Of a stretch of 64,000 nucleotides of DNA, positions 25,037 through 36,136 are shown piece by piece. The DNA is from Diplonema japonicum (lineage: Eukaryota; Protista; Euglenozoa: Diplonemea). Each line of letters starts with the position of its first letter. The first letter of the stretch is position 1. Both the position numbers and the translations under genes were made by a program. The DNA is taken from contig OZ025664.1 of assembly GCA_964019335.1 (NCBI GenBank), forward strand, positions 124,001-188,000. Reading direction: 5' to 3'. Below the pieces are notes generated by a model. That model did not search any database, was not told the origin of the DNA, and was given only the letters and a program-made list of their open reading frames with translations.

Positions 25037-26581
25037 ATGGAAGTGGGGATCTTAAGAGACTTGGGCAGGCCCCCGTGGGATAAGCCTAGACAAGCATGTC
25101 TCAAGGACGATACCATCTCTGAAACCTTCGCAAAAGGGGATGTGTTTAGCTTCTCGAGGCGTAGCAGTATGCGAGAACTGTCGGGGAATGAGCTGGCGAG
25201 GGTCTTTTCGTACTGTGACCATGCCGTGTTGATGCGGTGCACTGAGGTGTGTATGAAGTGGTTCACGGTAGGGATGCCTTGCATGTGCTATACTACTCAG
25301 AACACACAGATATGCAGCACAGCGCGAATAGGTTTCCTCCTCAAACCAAAGACAAAGAGGAAGGTCCGAGGGCTGGACTGCTTGGACCCCAACGCCCTCT
25401 GCGACGTCACCTACACGCCCTTCACCTTCCGGCTCTGTCCGACTTACGGCATGTTCGCCAACAGACGGCTTGTCTTTGCCTTCCTTTACGACGTGCTTGT
25501 CCTGCAGACGGTCGTCCTGCACCCTTACGGCAAGATTATCGCCGGTAAGACCTACTTCTACCTGACGTCTGTCACACAGCACAAAGACATTCTTTCTCAC
25601 CTCGCTGCGCTCATGCACCTGACCCCCGGTGCCTGCTCGACCGACACTTCTCTCTACAACCCGTCCTTCAAGGTTGCCAACCAAGGCCCTACCCGCCGCC
25701 GCGAAATGTTCGAGTCTCAACGTGGGATCACCCCTTCGTCCTTGCAGGCGACCCCCCAGCACTGGGGCGACTACATCACCTGCCATGAGGTCTTCACCAT
25801 GGAGACCATTGAGGTCCGCGCCCCTGCCAAGACTTCCGTCGGGGAGGTGCGCTCTGTGCTCCATGAAAGGCTTCGGCTGGACGTGACGAGGTCGGTGGTG
25901 GTCTTGAGCAAGGACTACCATATCTCGAACGACTGGGACCCGCTCCCTGCGACACTGGTCTACGTCGTGATCGGGACGGGCATCAACGAGACGTGCCAGA
26001 TAAAGCTGGGGATATCACTGACGGTGGTATCGCCGGATGTTGGGGTGGGGACGCTGCGGGTGCTGCCGTGCACGTCGGTGGGGCGCATGAAGAAGGCGGT
26101 GCTAGACGTGCTGGGGTATGGGAATGGGACTGTGATGATACAGTCGAAGCCGGGGGTGATCGTGGACGATGGGGACCAACACCTTGTAGTGGGGTACTCC
26201 CCGCAGCTCCTGTACGAGGACGCCGGCCTCGTCGTGTATGTGGCGACCTCTTTCATGACAGTGAAGGCAGTGTCAGGGTGCTGCTGTGCAACAGTGGTGG
26301 TCGCAGTGAATCCTGAGTGGACCGTCCACACCTTTTTGTTCGTCTTGCATGCCGCACTGCGGAGACTCAGCCACTACCCTCCCAACGACACCATTTGGTG
26401 CTCTGTCGAGCACAGGGACAGGGAAGAGCTGCCCTTCCCCTCAAGGGTCTCTATATTCACGTCGAAAGTAACACTACCCACTGGGCGTTACCTTGCTCAC
26501 ACTGAAAAACTTCATGCCTACTGGCACCTCCCAGAGCACAATCGATACATGACAGTGGAGTGCAACACAGATTCCCAGTAG
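25037..26581 (+). CDS. F-box-like protein, possibly with ubiquitin-like segments
   Basis: MRELSGNELARVFSYCDHAVLMRCTEVCMKWF is F-box-like; repeated 'SVG.(V/M)...L' segments lie downstream. The upstream part of the listed ORF is homopolymer spacer. Confidence 0.65.
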   Translation: MEVGILRDLGRPPWDKPRQACLKDDTISETFAKGDVFSFSRRSSMRELSGNELARVFSYCDHAVLMRCTEVCMKWFTVGMPCMCYTTQNTQICSTARIGFLLKPKTKRKVRGLDCLDPNALCDVTYTPFTFRLCPTYGMFANRRLVFAFLYDVLVLQTVVLHPYGKIIAGKTYFYLTSVTQHKDILSHLAALMHLTPGACSTDTSLYNPSFKVANQGPTRRREMFESQRGITPSSLQATPQHWGDYITCHEVFTMETIEVRAPAKTSVGEVRSVLHERLRLDVTRSVVVLSKDYHISNDWDPLPATLVYVVIGTGINETCQIKLGISLTVVSPDVGVGTLRVLPCTSVGRMKKAVLDVLGYGNGTVMIQSKPGVIVDDGDQHLVVGYSPQLLYEDAGLVVYVATSFMTVKAVSGCCCATVVVAVNPEWTVHTFLFVLHAALRRLSHYPPNDTIWCSVEHRDREELPFPSRVSIFTSKVTLPTGRYLAHTEKLHAYWHLPEHNRYMTVECNTDSQ

Positions 26582-27511
26582 CACATAGGACAAGTGGATG
26601 GTGTTTACTCTATTTCCAGGCGTCACATGCTACCGCGTGAGAAGAAGAAGTAAACGAGCCAGAAAAAGAAGGAGAAGAAGAAGAAAAAAGGGAGGGGGGA
26701 ACGATGTTTGAGCGAGAATGAGAAGACAAGAAGGGGGAACCCATCTGTTCCCCCTCTTTACTTGCAAACTTCTTCTTTTTTTTTCCTCTATTTCTGTGCT
26801 ACTTCCGTAGCTGCCTCCGTTTATATCGCATTTTACTTTTTCTTTCCCCCTTTCTTTTTTTTTTTCTCTCTCTTTTTTTTCTTCATCCTTCTTTTTTTTT
26901 TTTTTATGAAAGGGACAGCAAGACCTTTAGCAGGGTCTAGGTGTGTAACGACACCTCCCTTTAAGCGAGTCATTACAGGGAGTCTGTCCCAGGGTGACAA
27001 GTGCTCGGCGAGAGAACAGGATTAAGGCAAACATTGGCCGGCTGTCATCAGCTATTTGCACTACCAATCGGCAGAGCAACTGTCACCTAGGCACAAATAG
27101 ACATCTCAAACAGAGGGTAACATGGATCGCATTTGGCTTCGGCAAAGAAAAAGATGCCCCCCGCCATGTCTGAGAGGTGGCGCCGCACAGGTCAGAAGCT
27201 CACTCCAATGTGTAGTTAGTGCCAACACCCCACCCCATGTACTTTATACTTGGAGCCGACTGTGGTGGTCGTACGCCGTTTGATTTGTGTCACCTTGACG
27301 TTTAGAGATCGATTCTTTTTTTTTGTTCCTTTTTCTTTCCTTGCTGCTCTCTATATTATAAGGAGTTTGCTCCCTCATAACTACACAAAGACAGGTGGGG
27401 TGGGAGGGAAAAAAAAAAAGAAGGATGTACTGAGGGGAAAAAAAGAAAGAAGAAGAAATCTTCCCCCGCAACGGAAAAAAAACAAAAAAAAAATTGAAAA
27501 AGAAAAAAAAA

Positions 27512-30500
27512 ATGAAGAGTGCACTCATCGCTGCGATCCACCTTCTCTCGTGTGTGTGGTGTCTTGATGGGGGTGAGGTGCGGGAAAGGAAAGCACAATC
27601 ACTAAGACATGTGGGAATCCTGCCAGGGATACCTGGGAATCACAACCCATCGTTCACGAGAGGCCCCGACGTCACTGTGATAGAAGACACAGGCATCTAC
27701 CTCCACGGGACACCATGGGCTACAGACATCTGCGATGGGGAGGGCGCAAGCATTTTCGATCCGAACTTGGGGATGACAACACCGCATGCAAGTAGATGCC
27801 CTAACTCAGGGACTCAAACAGTGCGATTTACAATTGTGTGTGACAGACCGAGTCTGTTCAACACACAACCTGCACTGACGGAGTGTTCGTCCGCAACTTG
27901 CAACTGCCCGCCAACTGTTCCCACCAACAATGCCAACTGTGGTGGATTGCTCTCCTTCGTGACTGCTCCCAACCAATGTGGTACGACGCTCTGCTCCGTC
28001 AGGTTAGACGACGGGGGTGAAGACCAGTGTGTAGAAGACCCTGCCCACACGTCCTGTTCCTGTCCTGGGTGTTGTAACGGTCTTGATTGCCAGTTCAGCA
28101 ACGCGATGCTTGCAGCCTGTCCCACTGCCATGCCTAGCCCAACTCCTTTCCTCTGCCCGGCAGGCTGCCAACCTGCAGACTGCAGTGTGTCCATCACTCA
28201 CCAGTTCTCCATCACCGTCACCTGTGTCAATGACCAGCCTGCCTTCGACTGCTTGGGAAGCGGTGCCACCAGCGGTGCCAATGCTGCTTTTAAAGGTGAT
28301 ACGACTGTCGAGATCAACGACTTCATCTTCAACATCAGGACGTGTCTCGACTGCGCGCTGAACGGCCAGCAGAACAACGAGAACCTCCAGAAGCCCAGAT
28401 TCGTCATCAGCAACACCAACCCTTCGCTGTTTAATGTGCAGCCACAGATCGTGTGGGACCCTAACGACCCCGCCACAGCTGACCTGCGCTACGACCCCAA
28501 ATCCTGCGAGGTGGGGACGGCCACCGTCACTGTCCGCATGTTCGATGACGGTGGCGTCAACGACGGTGGTGTTGATGTGGCACCCGTGGACTGTGTGTTT
28601 CAAATAGAGATCAGAGATAAAAACACGGCACCATCTTTTGATTTTGGGACGTGCCCGCTAGTTATTGACGAAGACCACGGTCCTTACACTGCCAACGCGT
28701 GGGCAGGGCGAAGAAGCAAAGGGTGCACTTCAGGAAGTGGTGAAGAGAACCAACAAGACCTCACTTTCAACGTGCAGCTGGTGAACGCTGCCGATGCAGG
28801 GCTGTTCACAACGCAGCCTACCATCGACCCCATGACAGGAACACTCACCTTCACGCCCAGGACGGACATCAACACCTTCGGACGCAACGTCGACATGTAT
28901 GTCCAACTGTGCGACGATGGTGTCCTGAAGACAAACCCGCCACCTGCTTCGCCGTTGTGCACATGCGACCCGATCACAAACTGCCCCACATGCAAGATCG
29001 TGATACGCCCCGTCAACGACGCACCGTCCTTTACACCTGGCGAGGACGTGCTGGTGTGGGAGGATTTGTGCCAGCTGGCTGTGCCACCCGATCCACTCAC
29101 CTTCACTGTACCTGACTGGGCTAAAGATATAAACGTGGGAGCTGCTTCAGAAGGCCTCACGTCACCTAACCCCATGGTGTTCAACCCAGAAGGGCAGCGG
29201 TTGTATTTCGTGGTCACCACAGACAACGACGGCATCTTCGCAGCGGGCGGTGGCCCTGTCATTGACGAGACGGGGACTCTCTCTTTCACTCTGGCACGCG
29301 ACGCCAACGGCATCTCAAACGTACGTGCCACGCTTTACGACACAGGCGACATGCCCAATGAAGGGAACACTGCTGTGTTTAAGATCACGGCCCTCCCTGT
29401 GAATGACAAACCAACATTCGATCTTGATCCGAAGGGCGCACCGGGGCCGCTTGTTGTCTCGGAGGGAGCAAGCGCACTAGAATTCGACTCATGGTTGAGC
29501 AGGGTCAGCAAAGGGCCTGACGACGAAGCGGCACAGAAGCTGACGCTGCGCACCACAGTCTCGAACCCCGACTGCTTCTTGATACAGCCGAACCATGACT
29601 TCACGTCGACTACGTCTGTGCGGCTGAGCTTCCAACCAGCGACCAACGTGCCCAGTGGTGCCAATTGCGAGAGTGACGTCACTGTGTTTGTGAAGGACGA
29701 CGGACTGGACTTGAGGTGCAACATGTTCGTTGGAGGGTGCGATTGCGGAGACGAGCGAGAGGTCACGTACAAGATTCGCGTCACTGACACGAATGACCCG
29801 CCCTCCTTCACCATCGGCCCCGATGTCACAATACAGGAAGATGCCTTCCCTGGTGGGTACACCGCTATAGTGTGGGCGAAGGATGTGTCCGCAGGTCCCA
29901 ACGAAGGCCCGCCTCTTCCGCAGACTGTGCTGTTTCATGTAAGCACAAGTAACGACGCCCTATTCGCACAAGGGAAGGGACCCGCTGTGGGAACAGACGG
30001 CACTCTAACATTCACGGCTGCGCCAGACGCTTGTGGGACAGCTACTGTGAGTGTCTACTTAGAAGACAACGGGGTGCCTCCTTTGCAGTCCGCAGCACAA
30101 CAATCGGTGATCACCATCAGCTGCTGCAACGACCCTCCCGAATTTACGATATCCTCCGACATAGTAGGCACAGCACTTCCCGAATGTACTACTGCTTGTG
30201 CGCGTCAGTTCCCGAACTTTCTCACTTCGATCAGGCCTGGGCCCACTACGGCAACTGATGAGGCAACTCAAACAGTACGTTTCTATCTATCAGGATTTGA
30301 TGCCTCTCTGTTTGAGGGCACAGATGGGCAGCCGAAGATAGACCAGTTTGGCACACTGACAGTAACACCCAAAATGGGTGTGAACACCCCGAGCCCCTTC
30401 ACGGTGACAATCAGAGCCGAAGACGACAGCCCTATGCAGGCGGGGTGTTCTGGATCAGCCACAAAGACTTTTCAGATGCAGATCACACCCTGGAATAATG

Positions 30501-33500
30501 CACCTTCGTTCATACACAGCGGTAATGTAGAAGTCCTCGAAGACAGTGGCACTGCCAGCTTCCCGCAATGGGCCAGGAGTATCAGCGCAGGGCCAGGCGA
30601 CGAAAGCACCCAGACCCTCACTTTCACTGTGAGAGCTGCTGATCCATCTTTGTTTGATGTGCAACCGACTGTGAGCCCACAAACAGGCCTCCTGTCGTTC
30701 AGACCTGCCCCTGATGCCTTCGGCACTACAGAAGTGACCGTAACCCTTGATGACGGGCAAGCACTGAACAGCCAACAAGCGCAAACTATCATCATCAACA
30801 TCGTCCCCGTCAACGACAGGCCCTCCTTCACTGCACCTAGCGAGATCAACATCCTAGAGGACAGGCCCACATACACGGAGCAGTTTGCTGTCTCTGTAAG
30901 CAAGGGTGCACCAAATGAAGCAGCTCAGACTCTCAGCTACAAAGTAACAGGGCTGACGAATGCAGACCTGTTTCAATCACCTCCCGTTGTTTCCCCCGAC
31001 GGCATCCTCACCTTCACAACGGCGAAGGATAAATGGGGCGAGTCGAAGTTTACTGTCCACTCTGTCGACAATGGCGGCACCGCACACCTAGGTGAGGACA
31101 CGTCACTGCCCGTCACAGTGACTCTGAAGGTAGCTTCTGTGAACGATGCACCTACGTTCAAAATACGGAACGACATCACTGGTGTTCTTGAAGACAGCGG
31201 CATGCAGAGTTACACGAACTGGGTGTGGGACGTTACCCCAGGGGCACCCGACGAGCTGTCGCAAGTGGTGACCTTCACGCTGACGCCGGATAAGCCTGCA
31301 ATGTTCTCTCAGGGCCCAACCGTGGACCAGTACGGCACGCTTACTTTCACCCCTGCTCTAGACGCTTTCGGCACTACTACTGTGAGCATCCTGGCAAGCG
31401 ACAGTGGCCCAGGCACAGGCGACGGCAAAGGTGGCGGCCCACCCGATATGCGGAGCTCAGAATTCGTGTTTTTCACGATAACTATTGTAGGTGTCAACGA
31501 CGCACCTAAAGTGGTATTAGGCACACCGCCTGTAGTGTTAGAGGACTCTGTGCCGACAGCTCTTGTGGACTGGGCTCGACAGGTGTCCGCCGGAGCTGAC
31601 AACGAAGCTGAGCAGTCCCTGACGTGGAGAATCATACCTAGTGACCCTACCTTGTTTAAGGAGCAACCTGTGATGGTGCAGCAGCAGGTTACAATGTGCT
31701 CAGGTGGGTGCACCGCGGATTTGCAATTCACAGTAGCAGCTGACGCCAATGGTGTGACGCAGGCGACTGTGTGCCTGCAGGACAATGGCGGCACGCTGCA
31801 CAACGGTGTCGATGTCGCGTGCTCAGAAACCACGATCACAGTTACTGCTGTTGACGATCCACCTATTGTGACTGTGGACACGACTGTGGTGACGGTGCTC
31901 GAGGACAGTGGTACCACGGTGCTGGACAACTGGCTGCGCAATGTGGTACCAGGGCCCAGGGACGAGTGGAACCAGCAAATCACATCTGTTTCTGTTGAAG
32001 CTGCTCTGGGACAGCAGGACACACTTGCCACATTGCTGGAAAGTACTCCCAAACTGGAGAGATGGCCCTCAGGCCCCTTGTCCGTCACAACCCGCCCTGA
32101 CAGCTTTGGGGAGGTAGAGCTGGAAGTGGTGGCTGTTGACACGGGTATTGCTGGCAGGAACACAGGGAGGCTGCCTTTCACCATAAAGGTGTTAGCTGTC
32201 AACGACAAGCCTTCCTTCGTGAGCGGCGGTTCCGTGTCCCATTCAGAAGGCGGTACGCCATACAGCAACCCGTGGGCCTCCAATGTGCAGGCAGGGCCGC
32301 CCAATGAAGTCACTCAAAGCCTCACTTTCTCGATTACCGTGGGTGACCCATCACTCTTCACAGCACAGCCCTCAGTAGATCCTACGAGCGGGATACTGAC
32401 TTTCACGGCAGCTAGCGGTGTCTACGGGACCACCAGAGCAGTGGCTGTGTTGAGGGACAACGGCGGTGGCCAGGACACGTCTGATGAGGCTGTGTTCAAT
32501 ATTACCATCGTGGCGAAGAACGATAGGCCTGTGTGGTTTAAGGGAACTGACGTGATGGTGATGGAGGACAGCGGTCCGTACGCGGCAAGGTTTGCGACTA
32601 ATATCAGCGCTGGAGTGAACGAAGGGCACCAGGGGCTCACGTTCGAGGTGACCATGGATCCTGGTGACATCCTCACGAACGCGCCCGTGATAGATGTGCA
32701 GACAGGGTGGCTGTCCTTCACACCGAACCTCAACAGGCACGGCACTGTTGTGGTGAACGCTATTTTAATGGACAATGGTGGCACAACCAATGGGGGGATG
32801 TCCTCTTCCTTGCAACAGACTTTTACCATTACTGTTCGGCCTGTGAATGACAGGCCAAGCGTCGTGCCGGGTGCCGATGTGGTGGTCCTCGAGGACGCAC
32901 CTCCACAAGAAGTGGCCAACTGGGTGGTAGCAACCTCTCCAGGCCCTTTCGAGGACGGCCAAACAGTTTCGTTTTTCCTCACCGCGAACCGTGAAGCACT
33001 GTTCACACAGCAGCCAGCAGCATCTTCGGTATGTTTATTCGGTAAGTTTTTACACCGCACCACAGGTCACGAAAGCCCTTAGTTTCACACCGAAGGCTAA
33101 CTTAAATGGCGACTCCTCTGTGAGCCTTGTTGCGAGGGTATGATTTGCCAACATGCAACACAACAAACAGGACTCCGGTGGGACGGCTAACGGGGGACGA
33201 GACACGTCTGAGGCTGTGACATTCAAGATCAGCATCACACCTGTGAACGATGCGCCCGTATGGACCGTCGGGGTGAACGTGCAACTCAACGAGGACGACC
33301 CACCCGTAGTAATTCCCAAATGGACGGACGGGAAGCCCGGCCCTGCAGATGCTGTAGACGAAGAAGCACAGACTTTGATTTACTTGGCGAGCACCAACAA
33401 CCCCACCTTGTTCAGCACCCCCCCTGTAGTCTCTCCTGTGGGCGACCTGTCGTTCACAGCAGCCCCAAACGCGAACGGTGTTGCCACCATCGACGTCGTT

Positions 33501-34535
33501 CTGACGGACAACGGTGGGACCCTCAACGGGGGTGTGGACAGGGCACCGCTGCAGTCGTTCACGATAGAGGTGCGTGCGGTTGAGGACCCGCCTACCTTCA
33601 CAGCAGGGGCGAGGGTCATCAGAGTGGAACCAGGGCAGACACATAATAGTAGATGGGCAACCGCCATCACGGGGGGACCTTTGGACGAAAGCCAGGTGGT
33701 GAGGTTCACCGTTGTGAACAACAATGCAGGGCTGTTCAGCGTGGTACCGAGTGTGAGCAGTGTAGGGGACCTGACGTTCACCGCAGGGAGTGGGATAGGC
33801 AGCGCTGAGGTGAGTGTAGTGGCGTATGACCAGGGGAACTTGGCGTCGGTAGCGGAGGTGTTCCAGATCATCGTGGGGACGGATGCGACTGCAGTTCGGT
33901 CGGTGGTGAGGACAACCGACACAGTTCTGACATTTGACAGGATTGCGTATGGGAACGCAGTGTGCGCGTTGCTCTCGGTGCCGTCTGAGAGGTGTGTCGT
34001 GACAGATGTAACGACCGATCCATCTGGCGGGCTGCAGGTTCAGGTAGACTTCCAGCCAGGGGTGAACCCCACAGCACAGCAACTTGCACAACAGTTCTTA
34101 CAGCTAGACACCTCCTCACTATCCATCACACGGTCATGGCCTGTTCCATCCTTGTCTGTCCCAGGCCCCACCGGGCTAACCTGCTCTGCCGTGACCGTCA
34201 TAACGTTGTGTGTCGCACCATGCGTTTGGGACCCACAGCGAAATATCTGTACCTCTGTTATTCAGAACTCCAGTGACGACAGTTCTCTCTCCACACTTCA
34301 TATTTTATTGATTTTGCTGGCGTGTTTCGCAGTAGTGCTTATGCTGGCAGGTCTAGCCTACGCTCTGCTGACAAAGCGAAAAGAAAAACAGCGGCAACAA
34401 GAACAAGAAGCAGCCGAACTCCAAGAACGGAACAAAGAAGCATCTCCTGTTGTCGAACAGGTGCCTCATTCACAGGCTCCCTCAAACCCTCTCGACACCT
34501 TATACGCACCCGAGCCACGCCCATCAATGGGGTAG
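27512..34535 (+). CDS. Giant type-I membrane protein with ~17 cadherin-like/Big_9 repeats, 3 exons
   Basis: Signal peptide; about 17 (V/T/K)NDxP-F...ED...G.L.FT...D.GG repeats; C-terminal TM helix (ILLILLACFAVVLMLAGLAYALL) followed by KRK. Introns 33029..33065 and 33138..33170 restore a complete repeat. Confidence 0.88.
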
Positions 34536-35058
34536 GGCTGTTCGTTACTTTATTTTAGATGTATTTTTTTATTTTATTTTTATAATTAGAACCGAAAAAA
34601 AAGGGACAAAAGGGTTCAGTTAGAAGCTGGGTGCCAAGGTGGGGGGTAGTAATAATACTGCTGTGGGAATGGGGGGGTTTTTTTTTTTTCATTCTCGCTG
34701 CGTTTTATTAGTTTTAGTTTCTCTCTCCTTCCACATGAGTATGTATTCTCTTTTCCCTTTTTTGGGAACAGATACAAACAACGTCTCGAACTCACCCCCC
34801 TTTTTTTTTCTTTGTGTCAGGTAGCTTCTTTTTTTCTTCCTTCTCAGCTTACACTTCTATGTTGTTCCCTCTTTTTCTCTTTTAGACTATTTTTTGTTCT
34901 TCTTTGTTATCCCCCACCCCCACCCCCCTGAGTATTCTGTCTCCCCCCCCCCCCCCCCATTCTTCCATTAGGCTAGAGTTTTTTGTTTTTAAGTTTTCTG
35001 TTTATCAACGTTTCAAACGGGAGGGGAAAGGGAGGTGACAAAAATAAAAAAAAACAAT

Positions 35059-36000
35059 ATGGCGTTAGCTATCCTCATGGCGGCACTGGCTTTGAGTTCC
35101 ACGGATCGCCCAATTATTGCTATCTGGGCTCAACCTGCGAGTAGCACTGCAAAGGGCTGCGGTGGGGACTGTGAATACATCGCCGCATCTTACGTGAAAT
35201 GGGTGGAGATGGCCGGCGGCAGGGCTGTCGCAATGCCATACAACGCGTCCGAGGAAGTGACAACAGAGATCTTCAACGAAGTGAATGGGATCTTGTTCAC
35301 TGGCGGCGGCGCTGCGCTCCCGGTGTCTGCAAAGAAACTGTTTCAAAAGATATCGGCGGCGAACAACGCGGGGGACCACTTCCCTGTGTGGGGGACGTGC
35401 CTCGGTTTTCAATGGACCATGGAGCTTGTTGCGGAAAGCACTTCGGTTCTACACAGTGGGTTTGACTCTGAAAACATCTCACTTGCCCTTGACCTCACCG
35501 CACAAGCCACGACGGCAAGAATGCTGGGTGGCAGTGGTGCATACGGCAACACCATTCGAGGCATCCTCAGCAACACCAGCAACCCGCCTACTATGAACAA
35601 CCACCATCAGGGTGTCGAGCCCTCTACCTTCTCCAGCAACGAGAAGCTCACATCCTTCTTCGATGTTCTCGCAACAAACGTCGACCGCAAAGGGCGGGCC
35701 TTCATCTCACAAGCAGAGGGGAAAACACAACCTGTTTACGCCACTCAGTGGCACCCCGAGAAGAACAACTTTGAATGGGGCCTCAACACCGACGGCCTTC
35801 CCCTGGAAGCCATCAACCACTCTCCACCTGCCATCAAAGCCTCCCAAGCCATGGCCGACTTCTTTTTGGCTGAAGCTAGGAAGAATTCCCACAGCTTCAA
35901 CAACCCCACCAAAGAGTGGGACTCCCTTGTCTGGAACACAGGCACCCTTGACACCATCGAGAACAAAGGCTTCAGCCAAGTGTATTACTTCCACTTCTGA
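35059..36000 (+). CDS. GGH: Gamma-glutamyl hydrolase (peptidase C26)
   Basis: Signal peptide; RPIIAI, YIAASYVKWVE, NGILFTGG, FPVWGTCLGF (catalytic Cys), MNNH, QWHPEKNNFEW. Confidence 0.93.
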   Translation: MALAILMAALALSSTDRPIIAIWAQPASSTAKGCGGDCEYIAASYVKWVEMAGGRAVAMPYNASEEVTTEIFNEVNGILFTGGGAALPVSAKKLFQKISAANNAGDHFPVWGTCLGFQWTMELVAESTSVLHSGFDSENISLALDLTAQATTARMLGGSGAYGNTIRGILSNTSNPPTMNNHHQGVEPSTFSSNEKLTSFFDVLATNVDRKGRAFISQAEGKTQPVYATQWHPEKNNFEWGLNTDGLPLEAINHSPPAIKASQAMADFFLAEARKNSHSFNNPTKEWDSLVWNTGTLDTIENKGFSQVYYFHF

Positions 36001-36136
36001 AGAAAGTTCACGTACTCCCTCCATCGTAGTGCACGGTGAGTTCACAACCCCTTCCAACGTTGTGCTAAGTTAACGTGTGTAATGAAAAGACGATTTAATT
36101 TGCGGTATTTCAACTGTGATGCACCACAGGGACAAG

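Noticed and set aside
26905-27240. Mixed-composition island upstream of the adhesin gene
   Set aside because: No ORF, motif or convincing structure recognised; possibly a decayed repeat, but unsupported.
27600-34100. Long minus-strand ORFs (e.g. 31309..32313, 33102..34091)
   Set aside because: Antisense shadows of the GC-rich + strand CDS with no recognisable motifs.
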